Source: Mobula hypostoma (taxonomy: Eukaryota). From it: a stretch of 64,000 nt of DNA. The notes under the pieces are model-generated. The model had not been told where the DNA came from, did not search any database, and saw only the letters and a list, made by a program, of their open reading frames with translations. The position numbers were made by a program, and so were the translations under genes. This document shows, piece by piece, positions 13,085 to 25,277 of this stretch. The number at the start of each line of letters is the position of its first letter. Positions within the stretch are counted from its first letter, which is position 1. Location of the stretch: assembly GCF_963921235.1 (NCBI RefSeq), contig NC_086108.1, forward strand, positions 98,644,001 through 98,708,000, read 5' to 3'.

Positions 13085-13795
13085 TTTCTGAACAGAAAGA
13101 AAATTCAGAGTCAGACGTTCAAAGGGTCTCATGAGTCCTCATGAATGCTTCCCTAAGGTAGGTTGAGTCGGTGGTAAGGAAGACAAATGCAATGTTAGCA
13201 TTCACTTCCAGGGGGCTAGAATATAAAATCAAGGATGTATTGCTAAGGCTTTATAAAGCATTGTCCAGACCACATTTGGAGTATTAGGGATGTTTTGGGT
13301 CCCTTATCTAAGAAAAAATGTGTTGGCATTGGAGAAGGTCCAGAGGAGGTTGACGAGAATGATTCAGGAAATGAAAGGGTTAACATATGAGAGGCATTTG
13401 ATGACACTGGGCCTGTACTTGCTGGAGATTAGAAGACTGGTGGGGTAGGGGGTAATTCTCAATGAAACCTAGCAAATATTGAAAGGCCCAGATACAGTGG
13501 ATTTAATGGGGAGTCTAGAGCACGAGGGCACAGCCTCAGAAGAGAGAGACGTCGCTTTAGAACTGAGATGAGAAAGAATTTCTTTAGCCGGAGGGCGGTG
13601 AATCTATGGAATTCAGTGCCACAGACGGTTTGGAAGCCAAATCATTGGGTACATTTAAAGCGGAGGTTGATAGGTTTTTTGATCAGTAAGGGCATCAAAG
13701 TTACAGGGAGAAGGCTGGAGAATGGGGTTGAGAGGGATAATAAATCAGCCATGATGGAATTGGCCAAAATGGCCTCATTCTGTTCCTATGTGTTA
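13085..13795 (+). mobile_element. Degraded CR1 3' fragment
   Basis: CR1 ORF2 C-terminal motifs (…RKNFFSRRAVNLWNS) and 3' end. Confidence 0.8.
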
Positions 13796-14493
13796 TGATA
13801 TTATTTTAACCATGTTGTGGCTGACAATGCCTAGTGGACTATCTAAACTTACGATTAGTTAAACGAGTAAACAAATAGCAAATTGAATAAAGAAAATTAT
13901 GCCGTGCACTATTTGCATCCTTCTATTGCCTTCACCTGAATCATTGTTCCCTCTGATCCTTCCATGTTGGCCTTTTCCCGTGTTTTATGCTTGGGCCATT
14001 TCAGAATTGGCCTACAGATTCGCTCCATGGAAAATGCTTGAAGTTCACCCTTGAAACCCCAACTGTCTCATTTCTTGCTGGGTCCCATTAGTTGTATCAT
14101 TGTTCTTCTTACTGTTGGACAAATGCCATGCTGCGGCCCAGAAATCTGGATCAGCACACAAAGTGCTGGAAGAACCCATGCTGGCAGCATCCGTGGAAGG
14201 AAATGGATATTTGGTGTATCAGTTCAAGACCTTTCATCTGGATTTGAATTCTCTTTATGCCAGAGGTCAAAGGATAAGTTCAGGGCCAGATGAAGTTTAT
14301 TCAGCATTTGGAATTTGCAATTTGCCGCGGTGTATTGTTCTGGGCACAACATGCAACAAAAAATAACATTCAACAATTATAAAGGATTATATAAGAATAA
14401 CGTTAGAGGTTAAAGTATGGACATGGAATAAAATGTGTATAAATACTGAAATACCAGCATGCATTTACAATGTAAACAGAATTATGAAAAGTG

Positions 14494-15057
14494 ACACATG
14501 CAAAATGCTGGAGGAACTCAGCAGGTCAGGCAGCATCTATGGAAACGGACAAACAGCTGACGTTTTGGCTCGAGACCCTTCTTCAGGTCTGAAGAGGAAG
14601 GGGGAAGATGTCAGAATAAAAGGGTGGGGGGAGGGAGGGGAAAGAGAATAACTAGAAGGTGATAGGTGAAGCCAGACGGGTAGGAAAGGTAAAAGAATGG
14701 AGAGGAAGGAATCTGATAGGAGAGGAGAGTGGACTGTTGGAGAAAGGGAAGGAGGAGGGGTACCGGGGAACGTGATAGGCAAGTGAGAAGAGGTAAGAGG
14801 CCAGAGTGGGGAGTAGAAGAAGAGGTGAAGGAAAGGGAAAATTTTGTTCTATCAGAAGGAGAAATCAATATTCATGCCATCAGGTTGGAGGCTCCCCAGG
14901 CAGACTATAAGGTGTTTCTCCTCCACCCTGAGAGTGGCCTCATCTTGCCACTTAAGGAAACCATGGAACGGGAAATGGAGTCGAAATTAATTCGCTCACT
15001 GGGAAGTTCCGCTTCAAGTAGATGGAGCGGAGGTGCTCAGTGAAGTGTTCCCCCAAT
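14494..15057 (-). mobile_element. Penelope-like element 3' fragment (GIY-YIG tail, pyrimidine-rich UTR, terminal repeat with decayed hammerhead)
   Basis: Homologous to 59621-60424; CTGAAGA…AAAACGTC at 14554-14591 on the minus strand. Confidence 0.8.
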
Positions 15058-15520
15058 TATAAAAAGTAGTTTAAAGTGTTTACAATACAGTGCAGTGACA
15101 GGGGCAATAGATAGAAGGGGTGGGGCAGCGGGGCTAACTAGAATGATAGATTAGACTAACTACCTGGGGTAAGAAACTTCTAACATGCTGTGAAATTTTA
15201 GTGTTAATAACCCGATAGGCTTTTGCCCGCTACTATCATTTGATTTGAGTTAATTAAGATGGTCCCCTTCTGATTCTTGGAAAAATGGATTTGGTTGGCA
15301 GATTGATGTCTTTCTTTTATGGAAGCTTGTATAGCGTATAGCTCCGGGTTTGTGCTACAAATGGGGGTTTTTTCTGGTTTTTTTGTTAGGATTTTTCTTT
15401 GTCTTTGTTAGTAGGGGTTCTTTTTCCTTTTTTCCCCCCAAAAAATAGCTTTAACAGTTTGGTTTTTCTTCTTATTATTGATATATTGTTTAACTTGGTT
15501 GATAGTTTAACTCTTACTGT

Positions 15521-16355
15521 ACATAGACATAGGCATACTTTATTGATCCTGAGGGAAATTGGGTTTTGTTACAGCTGCACCAACCAAGAATAGAGCATAA
15601 ATATAGCAATACAAAAACCACAAACAATCAAACAACAATATGCAAACTACGCCAGATAGAAATAAGTCCAGGACCAGCCTATTGGCTCAGGGTGTCTGAC
15701 CCTCCAGGGGAGGAGCTGCAAAGTTCGATGGCCACAGGCAGGAACAACCTCCCATGATGCCCAGTGTTATATCTCGGTGGAATATGGCCGGAGTCCAACA
15801 GCAAAAAGTTCAATATCCAGACTACAAACGCGTTCCTCGATCGTAATATGACCAGGATTGTACCATCCGTTGTTAACCAGAACAGCAAGCCCCCAACTCC
15901 TTTACGCTTACCGCTCTCAGTGCACTTCCGGTCAGCCCAAACGGTCTGGAAGCCCTCCATGGAAAAGTTTTAGTCGGGTATGTCCACGTGCAGCCACGTT
16001 TCAGTAAAACACATAACACTGCTGTCCCGAAACGTTCTCTGACTCCTGGCTAGTGCCGTCAACTCATCCATTTTATTACCCACCGAACTCCTCTTCTCCA
16101 TAAGTCTCTGTTGTCTTGACTCGGTCCTCTTTCCTCGCCTTTTTGATCCCCCTTTGCATCCTCTGTGTGTTTTCCTCCAGATTTCAGCAGGGGTGTCCGC
16201 TGCTCTGTTCGCAAAACCGGCCGGCAGAAGCGCAATCAGCTGGTCCCTGGAACAAACAATGCGACCATACTGCTGTCCCGCTAATGAGACCTGTCCGAAT
16301 GTAACTATTTCCAGTGCTAAAAACCCGAATAAAGCTCTTTCCAGCAGTATGTTAG
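15521..16355 (-). mobile_element. Internally deleted Rex1-like element: 5' region and endonuclease N-terminus joined to the 3' end
   Basis: Minus strand gives NKMDEL…MCFTETWL…EGFQTVWADR…KGVGG, then directly IPPRYNT…GGSDTLSQ and an AATAAA/TATGTC tail. Confidence 0.75.
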
Positions 16356-16474
16356 AGAGGTATTGATTTATTGATATGTTGACTTGATTACTTCAATGTA
16401 CTTTTTTCTGTTGTTAATTTTCAATAATAGTTAATAAAAAGATTTAAAAGAAAAAATAACCCAATAGCAGGATT

Positions 16475-16625
16475 CAGTGGCTACTTTATTAGGTACAGGA
16501 ATCAGAATCAGGTTCAATATCACCGGCATGAGTCATGAAATTCGTTGTTTTGCAACAGCAAAGCATTGTAATACATAATATAAGTACTAGAAATTATAAT
16601 AAGTATGTGTGTGTGTGTATGTATG

Positions 16626-16671
<46 letters not shown>

Positions 16672-17312
16672 TAAATAAGTCGTGCAAAAAGCAAAAAATA
16701 GTGAGGTGGTGCACATGTGTTCAATGTCCATTCAGAAGCTGTGCCTGAATCACTGAGTCTTTAAGCTCCTGTACCTCCTCTTTGTTGGTAGCAATGAGAA
16801 GAAGGCATGAAGGAACCAGGTGTGGTCTTCTGCTGCCGTAGCCCATCCACTTCAGGGATCAACGTGTAATGTATTCAGAGATGCTCTTCTGCACACCACT
16901 GTTGTAACATGCAGTTATTTGAGTTACTGTTGCCTTCCTGTCAGCTTGAACCAGTCTGGACATTCTTCTCTGATCTCTCTCATTAACAAGGCATTTTCAC
17001 CTACAGAACTGCTGCTCACTAGATTTTTTTTTTGCTGTTCATACTATTATCTGTAAACTCTAGAGACTTGTGTGCATGAAAATCACAGATCAGCAGTTTC
17101 TGAGATACTCAAACCACCCCATTTGGCACTAACTGTCATTCCACAGTCAAAGTCACTTAGGTCACGTTTCTTCCCCATGCTAATGTGTGGTCTGAACAAC
17201 TGAACCTCTTGACCGTCTGCATGCTTTTATGCATTGAGTTCATTGCCACATGATTGGCTAATTAAAATTCGCATTGACGAGCAGGTGTATGTAATAAAGT
17301 GGCCACCAAGTG
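16475..17312 (-). mobile_element. Tc1-derived non-autonomous element, interrupted by a LINE 3' fragment (about 16500-16810)
   Basis: Ends CAGTGGCTACTTTATTAGGTAC and GTAATAAAGTGGCCACCAAGTG-TA; homologous to 62474-62988. Confidence 0.7.
16604..16664. repeat. Compound (TG)n/(TATG)n/(TA)n microsatellite
   Basis: Read directly from the sequence. Confidence 0.95.
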
Positions 17313-17452
17313 TAGATGAAGGATCTCGACATAGAACATTGACTATCCACACATGCAGCCTGACCTATTTGAATACTGTATATCTCTTCTCTGATTGCTT
17401 CTCTAACGTGGTTCATAGCTCTTAATTCAGTTGCTTTGTTTCATCCCTGTAG

Positions 17453-17529
17453 CCACGTTGCCAGGAATGTGGGAAAGGACTATTACAATAGGAAGTGCTG
17501 GCAAAGCCTTTAGTGTGACTGGCTGGAAG
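17453..17529 (+). CDS. KYAT3: KYAT3-like internal exon 3 of 6, carrying the catalytic Lys
   Basis: ctgtAG|…|GTgagt; 77 nt, phase 1/0; (A)TLPGMWERTITIGSAGKAFSVTGWK. Confidence 0.96.
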
Positions 17530-17695
17530 GTGAGTATTTTAAGAAGTTATTTATTGTGCTTGTTTTAAAATGAACTAATATCTCGAAGCTCATTAGTCAA
17601 GGTTCCAAATAAAACCTTTTCCTGCAATGCTTTCAGTGTGCATGGAAGATCTGACATTCCAGATCTATAAAAGGATTTATTAGTGAATGAAATAA

Positions 17696-19076
17696 CAGTG
17701 GATTCTGATTAATGGAGCACATCGGGACCAGTACATTTCGGCCCAGTTTAGTGGCTGCCCCAATTAGTTGAAGTTCCTTGGAGAAAAAAGGCATAAAAAG
17801 GACAAACTACCATTTAACTGAGTAACAAATTATGTACTTCAATGAAATACAGAACAAAGTAGAACACCACCAATGCTATTATAGTACTATAAAACTGTAT
17901 TTGTCTTAATAGTTATCAATGAAGAATTCATCCAGTATACACTGATGTGTTCTTAGATGTAAATGAACAAAATGAGAACAGACAGCTAATACAGATAATG
18001 GACTGCCTTCATACAATGTTATTAACAATTGCATTTCCAAATCTTCTTTTTCATTGTAACATTCAAGATGATTATTGATACCTTCAAATTCTTTGTAGTT
18101 CCTAACTTGTTAAGTAATGAAATCATTTCATTTTCACTCCTGGCCCTTTCCGACATCTCCAAGCCTGAGCACTTGAAACTGCAGTGATCAAAACAGTTCT
18201 GAAATGTCTTACTGCTTATTTCTCAGAAGCTATATCTGATAATAATCACTGCATTTGGACAAACACGTACAACTGACACTATTTATAAACTTTCGCTCTA
18301 TGCCTGGTGTAGTATCTAACAGCCACACAACTGCACATAATTGATGCTAGTTAGAAGCTATCCAACAACAGTCTCCTGTACCCAGTTAACATAGAAACAT
18401 AGAAACATAGAAAATAGGTGCAGGAGTAGGCCATTCGGCCCTTCGAGCCTGCACCACCATTTATTATGATCATGGCTGATCATCCAACTCAGAACCCCGC
18501 CCCAGCCTTCCCTCCATACCCCCTGACCCCCGTAGCCACAAGGGCCATATCTAACTCCCTCTTAAATATAGCCAATGAACTGGCCTCAACAGTTTCCTGT
18601 GGCAGAGAATTCCACAGATTCACCACTCTCTGTGTGAAGAAGTTTTTCCTAATCTCGGTCCTAAAAGGCTTCCCCTCTATCCTCAAACTGTGGCCCCTCG
18701 TTCTGGACTTCCCCAACATCGGGAACAATCTTCCTGCATCTAGCCTGTCCAATCCCTTTAGGATCTTATACATTTCAATCAGATCCCCCCTCAATCTTCT
18801 AAATTCCAACGAGTACAAGCCCAGTTCATCCAGTCTTTCTTCATATGAAAGTCCTGCCATCCCAGGAATCAATCTAGTGAACCTTCTTTGTACTCCCTCT
18901 ATGGCAAGGATGTCTTTCCTCAGAAGGATGTCTTTCCTCAGAACATAGCAACATAGTGTCCCAAATAAACAAAGGGAATCCTGTCTATTTTCTCAATTAG
19001 TTTTTGTCCTTTAAGAGTTATCCAAAATAAGTGGCTGCCCCAATTAACCAATGACTCGATTAACCAGAATCCACTT
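17696..19076. mobile_element. Tigger/pogo-like non-autonomous DNA element split by a CR1 insertion
   Basis: Inverted ends CAGTGGATTCTGATTAAT / ATTAACCAGAATCCACT; subterminal GTGGCTGCCCCAATTA near both ends. Confidence 0.6.
18388..18941 (-). mobile_element. Young CR1 3' fragment with (TTTCTATG)n tail
   Basis: ORF 18489-18872 is nearly identical to the C-terminus of ORF 63428-63991. Confidence 0.92.
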
Positions 19077-19316
19077 CATTATTGAAGTATTAGTCAAGAT
19101 ATTAGTCAATGAAATATTAAAGTGTTGACGTATTATTCATCAAGTATTAGCCAAGGTTCCAAATAAACCACCTTCTGCGATGTTTTCAGTGTGTATGGAA
19201 GATCTGACCTTCCAGATCAATGAAAGGATTCAGAGCATTGTTAGCCAAAGTGCTGCAAATTTCAAAATGGGTTTTTGCTTAGATAGTCAGGAGCTGTTTG
19301 TTCTTCTCTCTGGCAG

Positions 19317-19406
19317 CTTGGTTGGTCTATTGGTCCAGAGCACCTGATCAAACATCTTCAGACTGTTCAACAGAATACTGTTCACTCATGCTGCACCGCG
19401 GTCCAG
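19317..19406 (+). CDS. KYAT3: KYAT3-like internal exon 4 of 6
   Basis: tggcAG|…|GTagg; 90 nt, phase 0/0; LGWSIGPEHLIKHLQTVQQNTVHSCCTAVQ. LGWSIGP…LQTVQQN is KYAT3-type rather than KYAT1-type, as I recall the human proteins. Confidence 0.95.
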
Positions 19407-19469
19407 GTAGGAGGCTGCCACTCACAGTCTTTCGGCTATCTCTGGCTCCTGAAAGCATTCAGCATTGAA

Positions 19470-19940
19470 GGAACCCATACAAACTGCTGGAGGATCTCAG
19501 CAGGTCAGGCAGCATCTGTGGAGATCCTTTATCAGAACTGCAAAGGAAGGATGAAGAAGCCAGAACAATAAGGTGGGGCTGGGTGGAAGAAGTACAAGCT
19601 AGAAGGTGATAGGTAAAGCCAGGTAGGTTGGGGGGGGGGTGAAGCGAGAAGCTGGGAATTGATAGGCGGAAGAAGAAGGAATCTGATAGGAGAGGACGGT
19701 GGACCATGGGTTAAAGGGAAGGAGGGAGGGGGTATCAGAGAGAGGTGATGAGCAGGTGAGGGGAAGAGAAGGGGTGAAAGGGAAGCCAGAGGGCGTAATA
19801 GAGAAAGAGAGTAGAGGGAAGTGGGGGAGCAACTACTAGAAGTTAGAGAGATCAATGTTCTGCCATCTGGCCTGCTGAGTTCCTCCAGCATTTTGTGTGT
19901 GTTCCTCTGGATTTCCAACAGCTGCAAAATCTCTTGCGTT
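19470..19940 (-). mobile_element. Penelope-like fragment with an inverted terminal-repeat copy at its 5' side
   Basis: TGCTGGAGGATCTCAGCAGG at about 19485 and its inverse CCTGCTGAGTTCCTCCAGCA at about 19870, flanking a purine-rich body. Confidence 0.75.
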
Positions 19941-20469
19941 TATGCAGTGCCAATGGATTCCATGATTGTCAACAGGAGGAGCCATACCATTCATTCCACA
20001 TGGCATCTCTCACTCCTTGCAGGTCTATAATTCTCTCTCCGTGGGTTATCGACCCAGTTGCATTTTGAAAGGTAGACCTGGATCTTGTTCTTCGTACTTG
20101 AATATTTACTGTCACTGAAAAACTTCAGATGCTTCTGTGATTTTTTTTTTCCCCATGTTCTCTAAAATTAGTATCTCATGCCTTCAATTTAACCCCTGTT
20201 AGCCAAAAGATACAGCCATGGGTACTTGTGGCTGCTTTTATCCATAACTGCAGTAGTTTTTCACCCTTGAATCCTCAGCTCTGCTGTCTCTAGGTGGTGT
20301 TGGTAGGTCTAACCTTGGTTCTTATATTCTTGGTCAATTCCAAGTTGGATTTCATGCATTCTTATTTCAGTAATTTTTCATAATAAAATGTATAATAAAT
20401 ATAAATCTCTACATTTATATTGCTATCAAGTCGATATGTCTTTAGTATTGCTGTACTCTCTCTACACCC

Positions 20470-21570
20470 ATGAATGTGTGGCTAGGCACAGCTCAAACAC
20501 CATCTATTAATTTGCCAATGACACAATTATTTCGAGAGACTTTGAGACTTTTTTACCGTGCCTATGGTCTGTTCTTTATCAAATTACGGTATTGCTTTGC
20601 ACTGTTGTAACTATATGTTATAATTATGTGGTTTTTGTCAGTTTTTTTAGCCTTGGTTTGTCTTGTGTTTCTGTGATACCATTCTGGAGGAACATTGTAT
20701 CATTTCTTAATGCATGCATTACTAAATGACAATAAAAGAGGACTGCGTGTCCTCATAACCTAATCTAATCTATTGTTGGAAAATTTCAAATGGTGACGAT
20801 GAGGCATACAGGACTGAGATAGATCAGCTGGTTGAGTGATGTTGTAGCAACAACCTTGCACTCAACGTCAATAAGACCAGGTATTTGTTTGTGGACTTCC
20901 GGAAGGGGAAGTCAGGGGAACACACACCAGTACTCATCGAGGGACAGCGGTGGAAAGGATGAGCAGTTTCAAGTTCCTGGGTGTCAACGTCTCTGAGGAT
21001 CTATCCTGGGCCTAGCGTATTGATGCAATTACAAAGAAGGCATGACAGTGGCTATATTTCATTAGGAGTTTGAGGAGAACCAGTATGCTACTAAAAACAC
21101 TTGAAAATGTCTACAGATGTACCATGGAGAGCATTCTAACTGGTTGCCTCACTGACTGGTATGGAGGAGCCACTGCACAGGATTGGAAAAAGCTGCAGAA
21201 AGTTGTAACCTCAGCCAGCTCTATTATAGGCACTACCTCCCCAACATCCAGGACACCTTCAAAATGCGATGCCTCATTAAGGACCCCTCATCACCCAGGA
21301 CATGCCTCCATTGAGGAGGAAGTACAGGAGCCCGAGACACACACTCAACATTTCAGGAATAGCTTCTTCCCCTCCGCCATCAAATTTCTGATTGGACAAT
21401 GAACCCACGAACACTTCCTCGGTATTTTTTGTTCCCTCTCCTTTTGCATATTTAATTTATTATATATATATTTCTGATTGTAATATAGTTTTTGTGTATT
21501 ACACTGTACTGCTGCAACAAATTTCATGACATATGCCAGTGATGTTAAATCTGATTCTGAATCTGATTCT
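20470..21570 (+). mobile_element. Degraded Rex1/Babar-like LINE 3' part, with nested insert at 20532-20770
   Basis: YRCTMESILTGC…WYG…SFFPSAIK; (GATTCT)n tail. The nested piece matches the 3' end of 25970-26594. Confidence 0.75.
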
Positions 21571-21817
21571 ATTGTCAAACTTAACACATTCTATGTACCA
21601 ATGCCACTTATGGGGGTTCTTTGGAAAACACTCCCTTAAGTGTTTGCAGAATCCATTTCCACTGTGTCTTTAAAGATAAAAATTAGCTTTATTTGTCACA
21701 CATAATCAAAACATACAGTGAAATGTGTCATTTGTGTCACTGATCAACACAGTCTGATGATGTGCTGGCTTATGGGGCCAACATAGCGTGCCCACAGCTA
21801 ACTGACCCATACATTAT

Positions 21818-22217
21818 GGGTGGCAGGGTGGAGATACATCTCTACCAAAGGAGATGTAAGGCACTCCTTCCCTCCCTCCGCTAGCCTGCAAGTCACCCTT
21901 CACCAAGGTGTAGCACCTGTTTGGCCACCCCCCCCCCCAATCAGTGTCGCGTGAAACCATGGGAGCAGGTGGTAGATGGTCGTAAGGGCAGCTGGTGCAT
22001 ATCACAAGTTTTGGTTACGTGACCACTGGCGCCAGGTAAACAATCTCTGAAGAGTATTGATAATGTTTGGGATCACCCATCTTGTAAAAGACACTGTCCA
22101 GGAGAACACAATGGCATCCTCTTCTGTAGAAAAAATTGACAAGAATAATTGTGGTCATGGATGGACCATGATCACCCACGTCGTATGACCCAAGACATAA
22201 CGACGATGATGATGATG
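21818..22217 (+). mobile_element. RTE-related short element with (GAT)n tail
   Basis: Same family as 6572-6952 and 40067-40423. Confidence 0.6.
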
Positions 22218-23756
22218 TCTTTGGAATGTGGAAAGAAACCAGACCACCCAGAGGAAACCAGAGGTCACTGGGAGAACGAATAAACTTGTTACAGGGAGTG
22301 ACAGAAATGAACCTAGCATCTGTAATAGTGATACACCAACCACAGGACTACTGTGTTCAGCGTTGCTTCTCGTTCCTCTGTCAGTCTTCTGATATGGCTG
22401 GATGCAATTGTTGCTTGTATTTAGGAAGGTTTTTTTTAGTGAATGTTGGACATCTCACCTTGAGATCAGTTTGAAATTTCCACTTTGAAAGAGTAGTGCA
22501 CAATTTTAAACTTGCTTTGCATCTGTGCCCCAAACCGGCACTTTTAATGAGAATCTTTATTCAGCATTGACACATGCAAACATTCACCTTTCTTTGCTAC
22601 CATTTAAAACAAAAACAATATTTGATGGGACGCAGTCACAAACCTGAAATTTAGAAAGCTGGGCACCAATGTAAAACATTTCCACATTCAATTCCGTTCA
22701 TTTATCTCTTGACTGTACAGGAAAATGCCCTGAGCATTGAACTGTCTTCTAGTATTGAGATTGCCTGTGTCAGCCTGCGACCAGAGCAAATATATTTAAA
22801 AAAAACACTTCACTGGAGGCTGTGTGGTGCTATGATAAGGAACGCCAATGTATTTATATGTCCTGTTGATGGTGATTAAGAGAAGTAGCAGGCGGAACAC
22901 TCCTTCAGAGCCGATGAAGGGTCTCGGCCTGAAATGTTAATTCTTTATAGATACTGCCTGACCTGCTGTGGAGTTCCTCCAGCATTGTTTCTGTGTTACT
23001 TTGTATTTCCAACATCTGCAGAATCTCCTGTGTTTAAATGTGTTCCTCCTTCAGGACTGTTACTGGAGATTGAAGAGGAACTTGGGTGTCTTTATACAGT
23101 TCCGGCAAGCAGTTAGGAAGGGAAATGGGTAGTGTATTTGATTGTAAGAGGATTGGTGTACAGATGCAAAGACAACCAGAAACACAGGAGAGAATAGTAC
23201 AGAACAGGAAGAGACCCTTTGACCCACAATGTCTCTGCTGACCTGGACACCAAGTTAATGTAAATCTCTTGGTGATGAAGAAGTATTTAGCTTGCTGTCC
23301 AAGGGAATCAAAGAGGGCATAGTTTTGGGGTGAGCGATACTGCCTGTTGTGCCCCTAGTGTTTAGGGCAGCTTCTGCTGTTTCCGTAACAAGTTTTTTTT
23401 TTACCAGTTAGAGGTATTAGTCCTGAGCTGAACCCCTGAACCTGGAGGACTGGTGCAAAGAAAACACGTGTGTTATGCATTTGATGTTTTCATTGAGGAG
23501 GTACGATGGTGTTTCTTTGTTTTGTGGCTACCTACAGGAAGAAGAGTCTCAGGGTTGTATACTGCATACATACTTTGACAATAAATGTACTTTGAATCTT
23601 CGAACACAGGCAAATGGGACTAGCATAGTCCCATTGTTTGGCATAGACAAGTTGAGCTGAGTGGCCTGTTCCCAAGTTTTATTACTCTAGAACTCTTATT
23701 AAAAAAAAAAGTACTTAAATCACGTGGGCTTAGAAAACTACAACACATTGTGATGG

Positions 23757-23946
23757 CAGCAGGCCAGGCAGCATCTCTGGGAAGAGGTACAGTCGACATT
23801 TCGGGCTGAGGTTAGTCCTGACGAAGGGTCTCGGCCCGAAATGTCGACTGTACCTCTTCCCAGAGATGCTGCCTGGCCTGCTGTGTTCACCAGCAACCTT
23901 GATGTGTGTTGCTTGAATTTCCAGCATCTGCAGATTTCCTCGTGTT
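23757..23946 (+). mobile_element. Penelope-like terminal repeat preceded by a 54-bp inverted copy
   Basis: 23757-23810 is the reverse complement of 23830-23883 with one mismatch; 19-nt spacer. Confidence 0.88.
23813..23850 (+). ncRNA. Minimal type I hammerhead ribozyme motif (PLE type)
   Basis: TAGTC-CTGACGA-AGGGTCTCGGCCC-GAAA-T-GTC-GACTG: stem I, core, stem II, GAAA and GUC triplet all present; helix III has no loop. Confidence 0.7.
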
Positions 23947-24050
23947 AACACACTGTGATAATTGGAATCAATATAGGTAGGTACAATGGACAGCATGGGC
24001 ATGATGGACTAAAGGACCTTTTTCTATGCTATATAGCACTAACTCTATGA

Positions 24051-24137
24051 CAGGGGTTCCCAACCTGGAGTCCACAGACACCACCCCCCTCAGCTAATGA
24101 TAAGGGTCCATGGCATAAACAAGGTTGAGAGCCCCTG
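24051..24137. mobile_element. 87-bp hAT MITE
   Basis: TIRs CAGGGGTTCCCAACCT / AGGTTGAGAGCCCCTG; 8-bp flanks CTCTATGA / GTCTTTGA (6 of 8 match). Confidence 0.7.
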
Positions 24138-25277
24138 GTCTTTGACAATGCAGCATTTATTTAGGGTCCTGGTGAAATAGTGTTTGGCAGGTCTGGTCTC
24201 CATAGTCACTCTACTCAGGAAGGATATCTTTACGATAAAGAGGGTTTAATGAAGATCTACCAGATGGACTTCTGACATGAGAATTTTGTCCTTTGAAGGG
24301 AAATTACTCAGGTTGTCCCTGTGTTCTTTCAGTTTGGTAGAATGAGTGTATAAAAGTCTTGAAGGATTTGATGGAATAGATAGGAACCAGAGGTCATGGT
24401 CTTAGTCAAGTCAAGTCAAATTTATTTATATAGCACATTTAAAAACAACCCATGTTGACCAAAGTGATGTACAGATCAGAGCAGAATAGCTAAAATTACA
24501 AATACGAGAAACATACACATAACCAACAAGGCAAACAACTTACAGGCACAAAAGAAACAACACAAGCCAAAAATCAGCCACATCAGGAGATTTAAAACAC
24601 TGGTCTTAGCATAGAGATGAGAACCAACCTCACTGTTTAAAGTGTAGTAAACTGTTAGAATTCTCTACCCAAAAGGGCTATTAGTACTTGGTCACTGAGT
24701 ATACTCAAGATGGGTTGGCAATAGACTGTTAGATATTCAGGAAATCAAAGGATATCAGGATAATACAACCACTACTTCACTGCACTAAAGGATCATCTAT
24801 GGTCTTTCAGTCCTGGTTGCCTCTTTATAGGAAGGATGTAGAAGCTTTAGAGAGGGTGCAGAGAAGATGTACCAGGATGCTGCCTGGATTAGAGAGCATG
24901 TCTAATGAGGATAGGTTGAGCAAGCTAGGACTTTTGAAGGACAATTAGAGTTGTACAAGATGATACGTGGATAGACAGAGACATATTCCCCAGCGTGGAA
25001 ATGTCGAATACCATAGGGCACAATTTTAAGGTGATTGGAGGAAAGTATAGGGGATGTTAGTGATAAGTTTTTACACAGAGAGTGGTGGGTCCATGGGTGC
25101 CAGGGGTAATGGGAGAGAGAGATATGTTAGGACACTTAAGAAACTCTTAGATGGGCACATGGATGATAGAAAAATGGAGGGTTATGTAGGAGGGAAGGAC
25201 TAGATTAATTTTAGTAGGTTAGATCATCAGCACAACACTGTGGGCCAATGGGCTCTACCGTGCTGCTGTGTACTATA

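Noticed and set aside
14537..15043. Pro/Ser- or Gly/Arg-rich ORFs here and at about 19500, 26700 and 59650
   Set aside because: They are by-products of the purine/pyrimidine-skewed PLE UTR.
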